Shown here: in pieces, positions 10,308-19,330 of the stretch
Layout: each line of letters starts with the position of its first letter
Position numbering within the stretch: position 1 is the first letter of the stretch
Source of the DNA: Sedimentisphaeraceae bacterium JB056
Lineage (GTDB): Bacteria > Planctomycetota > Phycisphaerae > Sedimentisphaerales > Sedimentisphaeraceae
DNA length: 64,000 bases
Direction: 5' to 3'
Assembly: GCA_044440125.1 (NCBI GenBank)
Contig: JBITAJ010000004.1
Coordinates: 32,001 to 96,000 of the forward strand
Made by a program: the position numbers and the translations under genes
Notes under the pieces: generated by a model
Told to the model about the DNA's origin: nothing
Databases searched by the model: none
Seen by the model: the letters and a program-made list of their open reading frames with translations, nothing else

Positions 10308-13004
10308 TTAATTACCTGCAACATAAGTATAGCTGCTTGTTCCTCCATCCCAATTATAAACTGTCCAGGTAACAGTCTCAGCACTTGCACCTGTCTTACT
10401 TATAGACATATTAGCCTGCGGGTCACTTGTACCGTTATAATCGGTATAAGTATATGTAGCGGTGTCGTTATTAGGCAACACATAAATATCACCATAAGAC
10501 CCCTCCTCGGCCACTTTAGGCATACACCAGTTCATAAGCAAATGACAAGGATGGAATGATTCAAGCTGAAGATGATGAGGTGAGTCATAATCATAAAACA
10601 GCTCAGGATTATAGAGGAACTTATCCAATGCCGCGGAATAAACCACTTTCATGCAATTGTGGGCATCCTGAGCAAGACCGGCAACAGTCCAATTGAACCC
10701 TCCATCTCCCCTTCTTGCCGTCCGCCATTCATGATAACCGCCTTTAGCATAATTATCCCTATCCTTGACAAAGAAATACTGGTAACCGTCAAGCATTTCA
10801 GACAAGAAATTGGCACTGGTTGAATCATGCATACCATAATTCATCATAGCCCAGGTAGTAACCCAGCCATAATTTGCATCATAACCACATGATTTTGTCG
10901 GGTAAGTATCAGCCATATGACCAATCTCAAGCAGCATCTTCTTGCTGGAGAACCATTTACCCAGATAATTCTTGCTTTGAGCCGACACAGGCGAACCTGT
11001 AAGTATCTCATCACACAGGTCATCAAACTCAGTCTGTGTCTTAAAATAGCTTCCGCTTAGAAGATAATAAGCCTCATCAAGTTCCCACGCACCATCAATA
11101 TTTGACACATCCTGATTTGGAGCATGACCGCGACCGGTACCATCCATAAGCCAGCTCAAAGCCCCTGTCATTGAACCGGTATTCATGCTGTCATTTATAA
11201 GATATTTGTAGGCATCAGACCTGACAACATCAAGCGTACCATTACCATCATTATCCATATATTCATCAAGAGCATCAGAGAACTCCGATTCATAATAAAG
11301 CAGCTCTATTGACTTTGCAAACGGCCACAATGTAAATCCCATAACGCTTGACTTTCCATTAGTTCTGGTACTGTTACCACCATTGGGCAAAGCAACGCCG
11401 CACCAGCCATGGTACTCATTGAATCCGCCATTAATCCCCTGAGATCTCGTGTAATAATCCAAGGACAAAATTACACTTTCAAGAACATTCGGATCTTTGA
11501 AATAGCAACTGTTAGGATTCTGATAAACATAGGCAAGTGCTGCCGTGCATTCCTGCATACGGGTATTATCTGAGTTATGGAACTGTCCGGCCTTGATATC
11601 ATGCGGGTCATTAGTTGAATCATAACCAGGAAGCTTTTGATCTGCCAAATAAGAAGGTACCCATGATTCTACACCGTCAAGCATCATCTTAGCCAAAGGA
11701 TTAACCTTAGTGCCGATCTCAACATCTGCTATCGTAACATCCCAGGTATCATATAGTTTTGTACCGGAAGTATCAGTTCTGCTGTCAACCCACCGAAACT
11801 CTATAGCCCCCTGAATCTCTAAGTTTGAAAGCGAAACCTGCTGATTAGTCTTTGCGGTCAACGCCGTATCATTCCAGATGATATTATCATCAGAATCTAC
11901 AAGCTCAAGTTGAAGCCTGCTGTTTGTCGCCGGCATAGTATAGACAAAATCAATTGATGTTATCAAATTCTCAGTGTAGAAATTTGCGGCAACATAATTC
12001 CCTATTTGCCCCGTACTCGTTGTAACATGGTGTTCATCAAAATAAATAGTACTGCCCCTTGTAACACTCATGTCCGCATGATTATCAAAAGGACGCCAAA
12101 GATCATATTGAGTAAAATCAAATGTAGGAGCTAAATGCTCTTCGGTTATTTCAACATCCTCAACTGTCACATCCCAACCAGGATAAAGCGTGGCACTTGC
12201 CATAACCGTCCATCTAAACTGCAGACCGCCCTGTATATCCTGATTCGTCAGATTAACACTTTGCAATGCCTTGGCGACAGTGCCGTCATCATACCATACC
12301 ACATTACCATATCCATCTGCAAGCTCAAGGTTCATGCGTCCCGCTGCCGCCGGCATTGTATAAACAAATGACACAGCAGTTATCTTCTGACCACCGGCAA
12401 GCTTAACGCCGGCATATTCACCGATATGCCCCGATGAAGGCACATGTTGACGGGCTATATCAAAAAAAAGATTACTGGTATTAGTAATCGACATCTCACT
12501 GAAATTTGTTATATCCCTCCATTCAGAAAAAGTACTCTTTTCAATCACCACATCATCAACCGAAGCATCCCACGAAGTATATATCCCCGAAGATTTCTTA
12601 ACCCAGCGGAATGACACATCACCGGTAATATTTAAATTAGAAAGCGTCACACTCTGATTAGTCTTGGCAGAGGTTGCGGCATCATACCAGATTATATTCT
12701 CATCATTATCAACAAGCTGAAGCTGCATTCTTCCAACAGCATTAGGAACTGTATAAACAAACTCTATTCCTGAAATAATATCCTCATTATAAAGCTTAGC
12801 TCCCTTATAATGATCTATTCTTGTTGAGGCCCAACTTTCTGCTACAACATCAAACAAGAGCTTGTCATTAGTATGCATTTCGACAAAACCAAGTGTACCA
12901 ACCTCGGTCCAATGCAAAAAATCAGATGAATTACGGCTATGGTAAGCCTGACTGAAACTTGAAAACAAGAAAACTGCAACAATTAAACTGTATATCTTTT
13001 TCAT
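10308..13004 (-). CDS. Secreted protein: three tandem beta-sandwich-like repeats plus helical (lyase-like) C-terminal domain
   Basis: Signal peptide; three ~130-aa repeats (FVYT.P....R.QL.L.D...N..W.D....K..Q.V.L.N..I.G...FRW...WD....DV.I); C-terminal ALAYVYQNPNSCYFKDPNVL resembles the PL8/chondroitin-lyase N-domain. Confidence 0.7.
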   Translation of the reverse strand: MKKIYSLIVAVFLFSSFSQAYHSRNSSDFLHWTEVGTLGFVEMHTNDKLLFDVVAESWASTRIDHYKGAKLYNEDIISGIEFVYTVPNAVGRMQLQLVDNDENIIWYDAATSAKTNQSVTLSNLNITGDVSFRWVKKSSGIYTSWDASVDDVVIEKSTFSEWRDITNFSEMSITNTSNLFFDIARQHVPSSGHIGEYAGVKLAGGQKITAVSFVYTMPAAAGRMNLELADGYGNVVWYDDGTVAKALQSVNLTNQDIQGGLQFRWTVMASATLYPGWDVTVEDVEITEEHLAPTFDFTQYDLWRPFDNHADMSVTRGSTIYFDEHHVTTSTGQIGNYVAANFYTENLITSIDFVYTMPATNSRLQLELVDSDDNIIWNDTALTAKTNQQVSLSNLEIQGAIEFRWVDSRTDTSGTKLYDTWDVTIADVEIGTKVNPLAKMMLDGVESWVPSYLADQKLPGYDSTNDPHDIKAGQFHNSDNTRMQECTAALAYVYQNPNSCYFKDPNVLESVILSLDYYTRSQGINGGFNEYHGWCGVALPNGGNSTRTNGKSSVMGFTLWPFAKSIELLYYESEFSDALDEYMDNDGNGTLDVVRSDAYKYLINDSMNTGSMTGALSWLMDGTGRGHAPNQDVSNIDGAWELDEAYYLLSGSYFKTQTEFDDLCDEILTGSPVSAQSKNYLGKWFSSKKMLLEIGHMADTYPTKSCGYDANYGWVTTWAMMNYGMHDSTSANFLSEMLDGYQYFFVKDRDNYAKGGYHEWRTARRGDGGFNWTVAGLAQDAHNCMKVVYSAALDKFLYNPELFYDYDSPHHLQLESFHPCHLLMNWCMPKVAEEGSYGDIYVLPNNDTATYTYTDYNGTSDPQANMSISKTGASAETVTWTVYNWDGGTSSYTYVAGN

Positions 13005-13469
13005 AAAAAGCCTTTCCTATGTAAGTTAAAAAAATCCTGTATGGACAAAAACGCACCACATTTACCACTCTTAAGGCGGGCGAAACTTCCTATAAAAAGA
13101 CTTTAATATACCTAACACTTAAAGACTCCTTCAACAACAAAACCAATCACTAAACTAATTAACATTTAATTAATTTAAAAACCTTGATTCTTAAAATACC
13201 AAATACCGAAAACTGTTTCAAGTAAAAACATACTTAAAAAGGCTTAATTTCTAAAATAAGTTTATTTAGGTAAAGTAATTAACGACAAAAACTTACAGCA
13301 TTAATTAAATGTTAAAAACTAAAACAGCTCTGGGCTTGACGCCAGAAGCATATTGACAATCGGATAGACAAACTGCTGATAACAAACAGAACAAAGACAA
13401 ACTGAATCCCCCAAATCCTCAAAATAGACAAGGCGTATCGTAGCCATCAAACTGTGCCGTTATTTTCTG

Positions 13470-13497
13470 TTTACTTTCGAGGACGTTTTGATATAAT
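13470..13497 (+). promoter_or_regulatory. Putative promoter of the ubiA-like gene
   Basis: TTTACT-N16-TATAAT with extended -10 TG (TGATATAAT at 13489-13497). Confidence 0.45.
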
Positions 13498-13559
13498 TTT
13501 TGTAAGTTTTTTATTTTGGAGCTGATACGGCGTTGCTGCAATGAGGTTTCGACCCTGTT

Positions 13560-14465
13560 ATGAACATTAATTATATAAAAATACTTCGCCCCAATCACTG
13601 GGTAAAGAATTTCGCGGTTTTGCTGCCGCTTATCTTTGCTATGAAAATCAGTTGTGCTAAAGCATGCGGTTGTGCATTCAAGGCAGCTGCCATATTTTGC
13701 CTGCTTTCATCTTTCATATATATAATAAACGACATCAGAGATCGCCACCATGACAGGCTCCATCCCCACAAAAAAAACCGACCTATAGCATCTGGAAAAG
13801 TAAGCATAAAAGGCGCTTTTTTGGTCGGCGTAACTCTGATAACAATAGTTCTGCTGTGGTCTTACATGGCTATTCCACGAATTTTGCCCTTTATAGGTGC
13901 ATACCTCGCATTACAAATAGCCTATAGCTTCGGGTTAAAAAAAATAGTCCTGCTTGACGTCATATGTATAGCAATGGGGTTTGTCATAAGAGCATCGGCC
14001 GGAGCAGCTGCGATAAAGGTCGAGATAAGCCCGTGGCTTTTTATATGCATGTTCACTGTTTGCCTCTTTATGGGATTCTGTAAGAGATATAATGAAAAAG
14101 AAGCTCTCGAAAACGACGAAAGAGCTAAAAATCATCGCGACACGCTCATTGACTACACCCCCCAGCTTCTTACACATCTCGTAACTCTCTCAGCAGGACT
14201 TGCTGTAATCGCCTTTATATCTTATGCAATGAGTCCCCAGACAATCGAGAGGTACGGCTCCGAAGAACTCGTATACACCCTTCCTGTAGTAGTTTACGCG
14301 ATTTTTAGATTTGCTATGATATCAATGAAGGCCCGTTACGAGGGGCCTACAGACATAATATTGAAAGATCGACCTTTCCAATTGGCTGCGACTATATGGT
14401 GCGTATGGGTATTTTTAGTGATAAATTGGGACATAATTGTTTCTTTTTTCTGTCAACAACTTTAG
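13560..14465 (+). CDS. UbiA-family prenyltransferase, decaprenyl-phosphate phosphoribosyltransferase-like
   Basis: LRPNHWVKN, YIINDIRD...DRLHPHKKNRPIASG, LDVICIAMGFVIR, KRYNE, EGPTDIILKDR. Confidence 0.85.
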   Translation: MNINYIKILRPNHWVKNFAVLLPLIFAMKISCAKACGCAFKAAAIFCLLSSFIYIINDIRDRHHDRLHPHKKNRPIASGKVSIKGAFLVGVTLITIVLLWSYMAIPRILPFIGAYLALQIAYSFGLKKIVLLDVICIAMGFVIRASAGAAAIKVEISPWLFICMFTVCLFMGFCKRYNEKEALENDERAKNHRDTLIDYTPQLLTHLVTLSAGLAVIAFISYAMSPQTIERYGSEELVYTLPVVVYAIFRFAMISMKARYEGPTDIILKDRPFQLAATIWCVWVFLVINWDIIVSFFCQQL

Positions 14466-14479
14466 CTTGAGAGTAGCGA

Positions 14480-15994
14480 ATGGATTTACCTCAGTACGTA
14501 CCGACGAAAGAGGCCGTTAAATTTGCGGCCGTTGTGTTTCTGCTTTACATATGCACTCTTGCTCCCGATCTTGTATGGCAGGATCAGGGGGATTATCAGT
14601 ACCAGTCCGCAAAACTCATATTGAGTATTCCCGGTGATGTGGTACGAGTTCACCCTCTCTATATCATAGTTTCTCATATGCTTGGCAAGTTCACGCCGCT
14701 GAACTGGGCATATGCCTCTAATTTGGTAAGTGCAATATGCGGGGCATTGACAGGACTTAACCTGTTCTTAATAATAGCACTTTTAAGCCGTTCGTCATTT
14801 GCCGCTTTTCTTGGGAGCGGTTTGTACTGCCTTGCTCATACTCCATGGTTTATTGGCGTTCAGGCTCAGACTTATTCAATGGCCATGGCCTTGATGACAG
14901 GCGGAATTCTTGCGTCACTGATATACTGCCAAAACCCTAAAAAGAAATATCTTGTTGCAATGGGGCTTGCTTTTGGACTTGGCATAAGTACCCACCTAAT
15001 GAGTCAAATAGCCTTTGCGGTAATAATGGCGTGGTTTTTCTGGCGTTTCTGTCGAAGAAGAGAAAAGTTTATAAACCTTTTGATAATAGGACTTTGCTGG
15101 CTTGCCGGAGGATTAATGCTTTGGATAGTCATGGCTATGGAATATAACAGCACTGGCGACCTAAAAGGCACCATTGCTTCGGCAATATGGGGAAGATGGG
15201 GCAACGCGGTTTTCAATTTTGACCAGGTACCTTACCTTATCAAGCAAAGTATCAAGTTCTTTGTTCTCAATTTCCCTACCCCGCTTGTCCTTTTTATAAT
15301 TCCCGGATTCATTTATTCCTATAAGAAATTAGAACGACCTGTCACAAATACCCTATTAGTAATAACGCTTTTATCGGCTGTTTTTGCCGCAAGGTATGAT
15401 GTGCCGAATCAGAATCATTTCTTCCTGCCTATGTATGCCATGTTATGTATATATATAGGTCTTGGTTATAAACTCATAAAGCAAGACGGCAACAGGCGTG
15501 TCACGATAATATCAGCAGCTATGCTGTTACTCGTACCTGCTATGTATCCTGCTATGTCTCACATACTTAGAACAAAAAACATACCGCTTGGAACAAGAAG
15601 GCATATACCATATCGAGATGTTTACAGCTATTACATAGAGCCTTGGCAGCAAGATCAGACCGGTCCAAGGCTTCTTGTTGAACAGACCCTCGCAAAATTG
15701 CCGGTCAAATCAATATTATATGTAGACTCAACAATAATGTCAGCGTTTCAATACGCACTTTACATAGAGAATAAAAGAAATGATATAATGCTTATGGAGA
15801 TTGGCGAGCCTCTTTTTGAGCATGTAAAGAATTTCAGGATGTTTACCATATGTAATGAAGATCATTACCGCCCCAATTGGGCATCTCCAGACATGCTGGC
15901 ACCTTTCGATATCTCCGAAACAGAGCATATTTACGAAATTGTGCTGCAGCAAGAAGGGGCTCAGGCTCCAAAACAGCCAACTCCCTTAAACTAA
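14480..15994 (+). CDS. DUF2723/TMEM260-like membrane glycosyltransferase (GT-C fold)
   Basis: LYICTLAPDLVWQDQGDYQ...L.I....HPLY motif, about 10 TM segments, GLGISTH, FFLPMY. Confidence 0.7.
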   Translation: MDLPQYVPTKEAVKFAAVVFLLYICTLAPDLVWQDQGDYQYQSAKLILSIPGDVVRVHPLYIIVSHMLGKFTPLNWAYASNLVSAICGALTGLNLFLIIALLSRSSFAAFLGSGLYCLAHTPWFIGVQAQTYSMAMALMTGGILASLIYCQNPKKKYLVAMGLAFGLGISTHLMSQIAFAVIMAWFFWRFCRRREKFINLLIIGLCWLAGGLMLWIVMAMEYNSTGDLKGTIASAIWGRWGNAVFNFDQVPYLIKQSIKFFVLNFPTPLVLFIIPGFIYSYKKLERPVTNTLLVITLLSAVFAARYDVPNQNHFFLPMYAMLCIYIGLGYKLIKQDGNRRVTIISAAMLLLVPAMYPAMSHILRTKNIPLGTRRHIPYRDVYSYYIEPWQQDQTGPRLLVEQTLAKLPVKSILYVDSTIMSAFQYALYIENKRNDIMLMEIGEPLFEHVKNFRMFTICNEDHYRPNWASPDMLAPFDISETEHIYEIVLQQEGAQAPKQPTPLN

Positions 15995-16098
15995 AAATTT
16001 TATTGATTATTTGGTTGTTTTGTTTATCATCATGATGTGCTTTGGCATATTAATTTGTCGTTGCTCTGCAACAGGCTTTTCGAGAATATTTAATTTGA

Positions 16099-16686
16099 TT
16101 GAAAATGGACATGAAACTGGAAAAACTTCAAGATCCTGAGAAATATACTGGACTTTACATCGTCGATTTTGGTGATCACACATCAGTTGGCTTCACTGGA
16201 AGCGAGATAGAGATGCTGCTTGAGAGTGAGAAGTATTCTTCGGTAAAGATCTACAAGATACACAATGCCTACCCTGATGGCAAACTCGAGCTTAGAGGCG
16301 TCCCGCATGAAATATTCCAGCTTGAAAGCGGTATATTTTTCTACTCTCATGACCTTAAAGATGCCAGAAACAACTACAAGAGGCTTCTTGACCTTGCAAT
16401 AGGAGGTAAATTTCCTGTTCGGGCAAAGCTTCATTTAGCTCATCTTTGTGATGATATTTATACCGTAGCTCTCATATATGCCGCTGATGCCGATGACGAC
16501 ATATCACGTTGGCTTCTTGACAATGACTACAAGATTGAGGGTATTGTCAAGGGCGGTATTCAGGCTGTTAGCGATTATTATACTGCAGCGCCGGAAGTCA
16601 TTGAAAGACACCAGCTTGTAAGCAGTATACATTCTAAAAATTTTACGGAATTGTATTCTTCGTTAAAATATGCCGTTCAAAGATAA
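16099..16686 (+). CDS. Hypothetical cytoplasmic protein
   Basis: 195-aa ORF with protein-like composition, co-oriented with its neighbours. Start uncertain (TTG 16099, ATG 16105 or 16111). Confidence 0.65.
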   Translation: MKMDMKLEKLQDPEKYTGLYIVDFGDHTSVGFTGSEIEMLLESEKYSSVKIYKIHNAYPDGKLELRGVPHEIFQLESGIFFYSHDLKDARNNYKRLLDLAIGGKFPVRAKLHLAHLCDDIYTVALIYAADADDDISRWLLDNDYKIEGIVKGGIQAVSDYYTAAPEVIERHQLVSSIHSKNFTELYSSLKYAVQR

Positions 16687-16897
16687 AAAAAACAACACCC
16701 TTGCTTCAACAGTTGCGGGGGTGTTTTTATTTCTGGGCTCTTTCAAAAGACAAAAGCCCGACATTTCCAAAGACATGGCCTCTGATCTTGCAACAGGTCA
16801 CAGCAGACTTAATGTAAGAGCAAATGAAAAGCTCAGGTCTAAATTCAGGCATCGTTGGCTGCGGTCGTACCAGAAAAGCAATAACGACAACCTATGA
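16670..16897 (+). CDS. Small basic hypothetical protein
   Basis: Overlaps the end of the upstream gene (possible coupling) and fills the gap before the convergent gene, but a terminator-like hairpin lies inside it at 16694-16732. Confidence 0.4.
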   Translation: MPFKDKKNNTLASTVAGVFLFLGSFKRQKPDISKDMASDLATGHSRLNVRANEKLRSKFRHRWLRSYQKSNNDNL

Positions 16898-16923
16898 TTG
16901 TTTAGAATATTCAGTGTAAAGTT

Positions 16924-17187
16924 CTACTGCTTTTTCTTATCTTCGTGTTTATCGCTCGTTTTCTTCGATTTTATGATTCCGGCTCTCCTGAGTATGATGT
17001 TCATTTCCACAGCGAACCCAACGAAGAATCCAATTATCATGAAACCGGGGTATGTATCCTGAAATTTGTCGAGATACTTACCAAGATACGTGAAGAACAC
17101 AACGACTATAGCAAACTCTATCCCAACTCCCATCCACGCGTATACGTTTTTGAAGTCATCGAATTTGTCTTCCGGCTTTTTTGGCAT
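16924..17187 (-). CDS. AtpZ/AtpI-like (ATPase_gene1) small membrane protein
   Basis: Two TM helices, GIEFAIVVVFFTYLGKYLDK....PGFMIIGFFVG; GGAGG RBS. Confidence 0.7.
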   Translation of the reverse strand: MPKKPEDKFDDFKNVYAWMGVGIEFAIVVVFFTYLGKYLDKFQDTYPGFMIIGFFVGFAVEMNIILRRAGIIKSKKTSDKHEDKKKQ

Positions 17188-17280
17188 CTTTTCCTCCGAA
17201 AATACTGTTTACTGAAAAAAACTCTTACCAGAGTCCCTCTTAATCCAGACTTAGCATTTATCTATAAGCCCTCTATAAAT

Positions 17281-17313
17281 AAAAACACCGCGAGCTTTGC
17301 CGGCCCGCGGTGT
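17281..17313 (-). terminator. Rho-independent terminator after the HEAT-repeat gene
   Basis: Minus strand ACACCGCGGGC-N7-GCTCGCGGTGT followed by TTTTATTT. Confidence 0.75.
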
Positions 17314-17332
17314 AATAAATCCAGTTTTAAGG

Positions 17333-19096
17333 TCAGCTTTTTGACTGGTCGAGTATGAGTTCCTTAACTCTTTTACTCGGCAGGTTGAATGCACCATAGG
17401 CTCCAGCCGCCGCTGCTCTCAGTTGCGGATCAACATCAGAAGAGCTTGTTATTGCGTAGATCTGATCGATCTGCTCTTCAGTAAGTTGCTGTCCGTTCTT
17501 TTTTGCCGATTCTGTCAGTGAACCGAACAGTGTAATTCTCGTATCGTTATCGTAATCTTCACTGAGTGCAAGCTCTGCGATAGCCCTCTGAGACATTGGG
17601 TTTTTCAGCATTGCCAGTATCTCAGCAGCAATGAAACGAAGTTCATCATTATCACCGCTTAAAACTTCTATAAGCGAATCATTGGCTTTTTCAAGATCAA
17701 CAACACTGTTATTTGAGATAGCCAGCTCTTTCATAGCGTTTATAGCTCTGAAGGCATATTCAAGAGCAAGTTCCTGACCAAGCTCAGCTTCTTTCGATCT
17801 CTCGATAGCGGTGTTAAGATTCTCTATTATAAGCTTGCTGCCTGTGAATTCATCGGTTGGGTCCGCAGAAGCGATAGCTACTGCCGCACTCAATTTCACG
17901 GCATCATCTTCGAAACTAAGAGCCTCAACAAGCGGCTGCTCAGTACCGAATCTGTAGAGCAAAGATGCCTGACCGGCATTAACAGCCAGTGCCTCAACCA
18001 TGTTAAGGCATATATAAGCATCTCCATCTTTCAATCCGCGGGCAAGTGCTTCGTGCAGATATTCCGGACCGGAAGTTGTAGCGTATGTCATTGCATCAGC
18101 ATGACCTTCGCCAAAGTATTCAGGCATTTCTATGCCCGGCTGCTCAGCTTTAAAGAAAGCTGTAAGCCAGAGAGAGATAGCAGAAGCATTTGCGGCATCA
18201 GCCTTAAGTGCCCACTCACAGCTTCTCATTGCCATAAGCTCAAAGAAATAATCCTTTGATACTTGCTCACGTTTCAGACGATTTTCCGCATCATCCCAAA
18301 ACCAGACATTTGCAAAATCATAGTCTGCTGAAGGAGCGATTGAGTCTGAATGATAATAATAGCTTTCTGCAAGATTAAAGAACAGCTTTGTAGAAGGTAT
18401 CTTAAGAGCTGCCGGATCAATCATCTCAATGCTTTTAACGGCAAGAGCCTTGACTTCTTCCGAGCTTCCGTTTTCCTGAACGAATTTGAGGTAAGCAAGA
18501 GCTTCAGGGTATTGAATCTGCCCGAGAGCTCTAATAACTTCGCTTTTTACTGCGATATTATCCATCTGAAGTGAGCATGCCAGTGAGCGGATGGCATCTC
18601 TGCCCATTTTGCCCATAGCTGCTGCTATATAAGGCTGCTCATCTTTTCTTGACCTGTCAGCCAAAGCCTCAAGCATGAAAGGAACAGCATATTCGCCTGA
18701 ATTCTTAAGGCTTTGTTCACCTTTGATGCGGCCTCTGATAGTAGTGCTGAGACGTGCTATCTCCTCACGGATAATCGCAGGATCGGTTCTCTTGATATAA
18801 CGACCTTCTTCAATCAGTTCAAGAATCTTGCCTGCAACATCTTTAAGCTGGTCATTGTCGTTGTAAACCTTGAGAAGAATTGAGTATCCCCTTGAATTAG
18901 TCTGACTCAGTTCAAGAAGCTCTACAGGGTCGGTTTGACCATTTATTATCTCTTCGCCATAACCGCGGGCAAGCTCAAAACGTCCTATTGCGGTATAATG
19001 AAGGAAATCATTCCAGTTTTCCTCAAGCTCAGCGGCGAACGAAAACGCCGCGGCACATAATATGACGCCAATTATAAATCTTTTAATACCAAGCAT
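17333..19096 (-). CDS. Secreted/periplasmic HEAT-repeat protein
   Basis: Signal peptide MLGIKRFIIGVILCAAAFSFA (GGAG RBS); HEAT-like repeats (VIRALGQI, VKLSAAVAIA, LRAAAAGAYG). Confidence 0.75.
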   Translation of the reverse strand: MLGIKRFIIGVILCAAAFSFAAELEENWNDFLHYTAIGRFELARGYGEEIINGQTDPVELLELSQTNSRGYSILLKVYNDNDQLKDVAGKILELIEEGRYIKRTDPAIIREEIARLSTTIRGRIKGEQSLKNSGEYAVPFMLEALADRSRKDEQPYIAAAMGKMGRDAIRSLACSLQMDNIAVKSEVIRALGQIQYPEALAYLKFVQENGSSEEVKALAVKSIEMIDPAALKIPSTKLFFNLAESYYYHSDSIAPSADYDFANVWFWDDAENRLKREQVSKDYFFELMAMRSCEWALKADAANASAISLWLTAFFKAEQPGIEMPEYFGEGHADAMTYATTSGPEYLHEALARGLKDGDAYICLNMVEALAVNAGQASLLYRFGTEQPLVEALSFEDDAVKLSAAVAIASADPTDEFTGSKLIIENLNTAIERSKEAELGQELALEYAFRAINAMKELAISNNSVVDLEKANDSLIEVLSGDNDELRFIAAEILAMLKNPMSQRAIAELALSEDYDNDTRITLFGSLTESAKKNGQQLTEEQIDQIYAITSSSDVDPQLRAAAAGAYGAFNLPSKRVKELILDQSKS

Positions 19097-19330
19097 TAAG
19101 GCTATCTCCAATTAGAAAAATATAATATTATTCCATTTTATTAAACTATAGACTGATGATTATAGTTATTGTTCAAGGTGCTGTCAAACAAAAACATAGG
19201 CACTTAAAGCTCTTATGGGCTTTTTTATAGGCGTCTTTCACCAATATAATAGATAGCCATGATCGGAATGCATCAAACTGGATTTACTACCAACGATCTA
19301 TATTACTCAGATATCCATAAACATCATTGA

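Noticed and set aside
16694..16732. Terminator after 16099-16686
   Set aside because: Plausible 11-bp stem with a T-run, but it lies inside a possible small CDS. I cannot decide between the two, so it is not listed as a feature.
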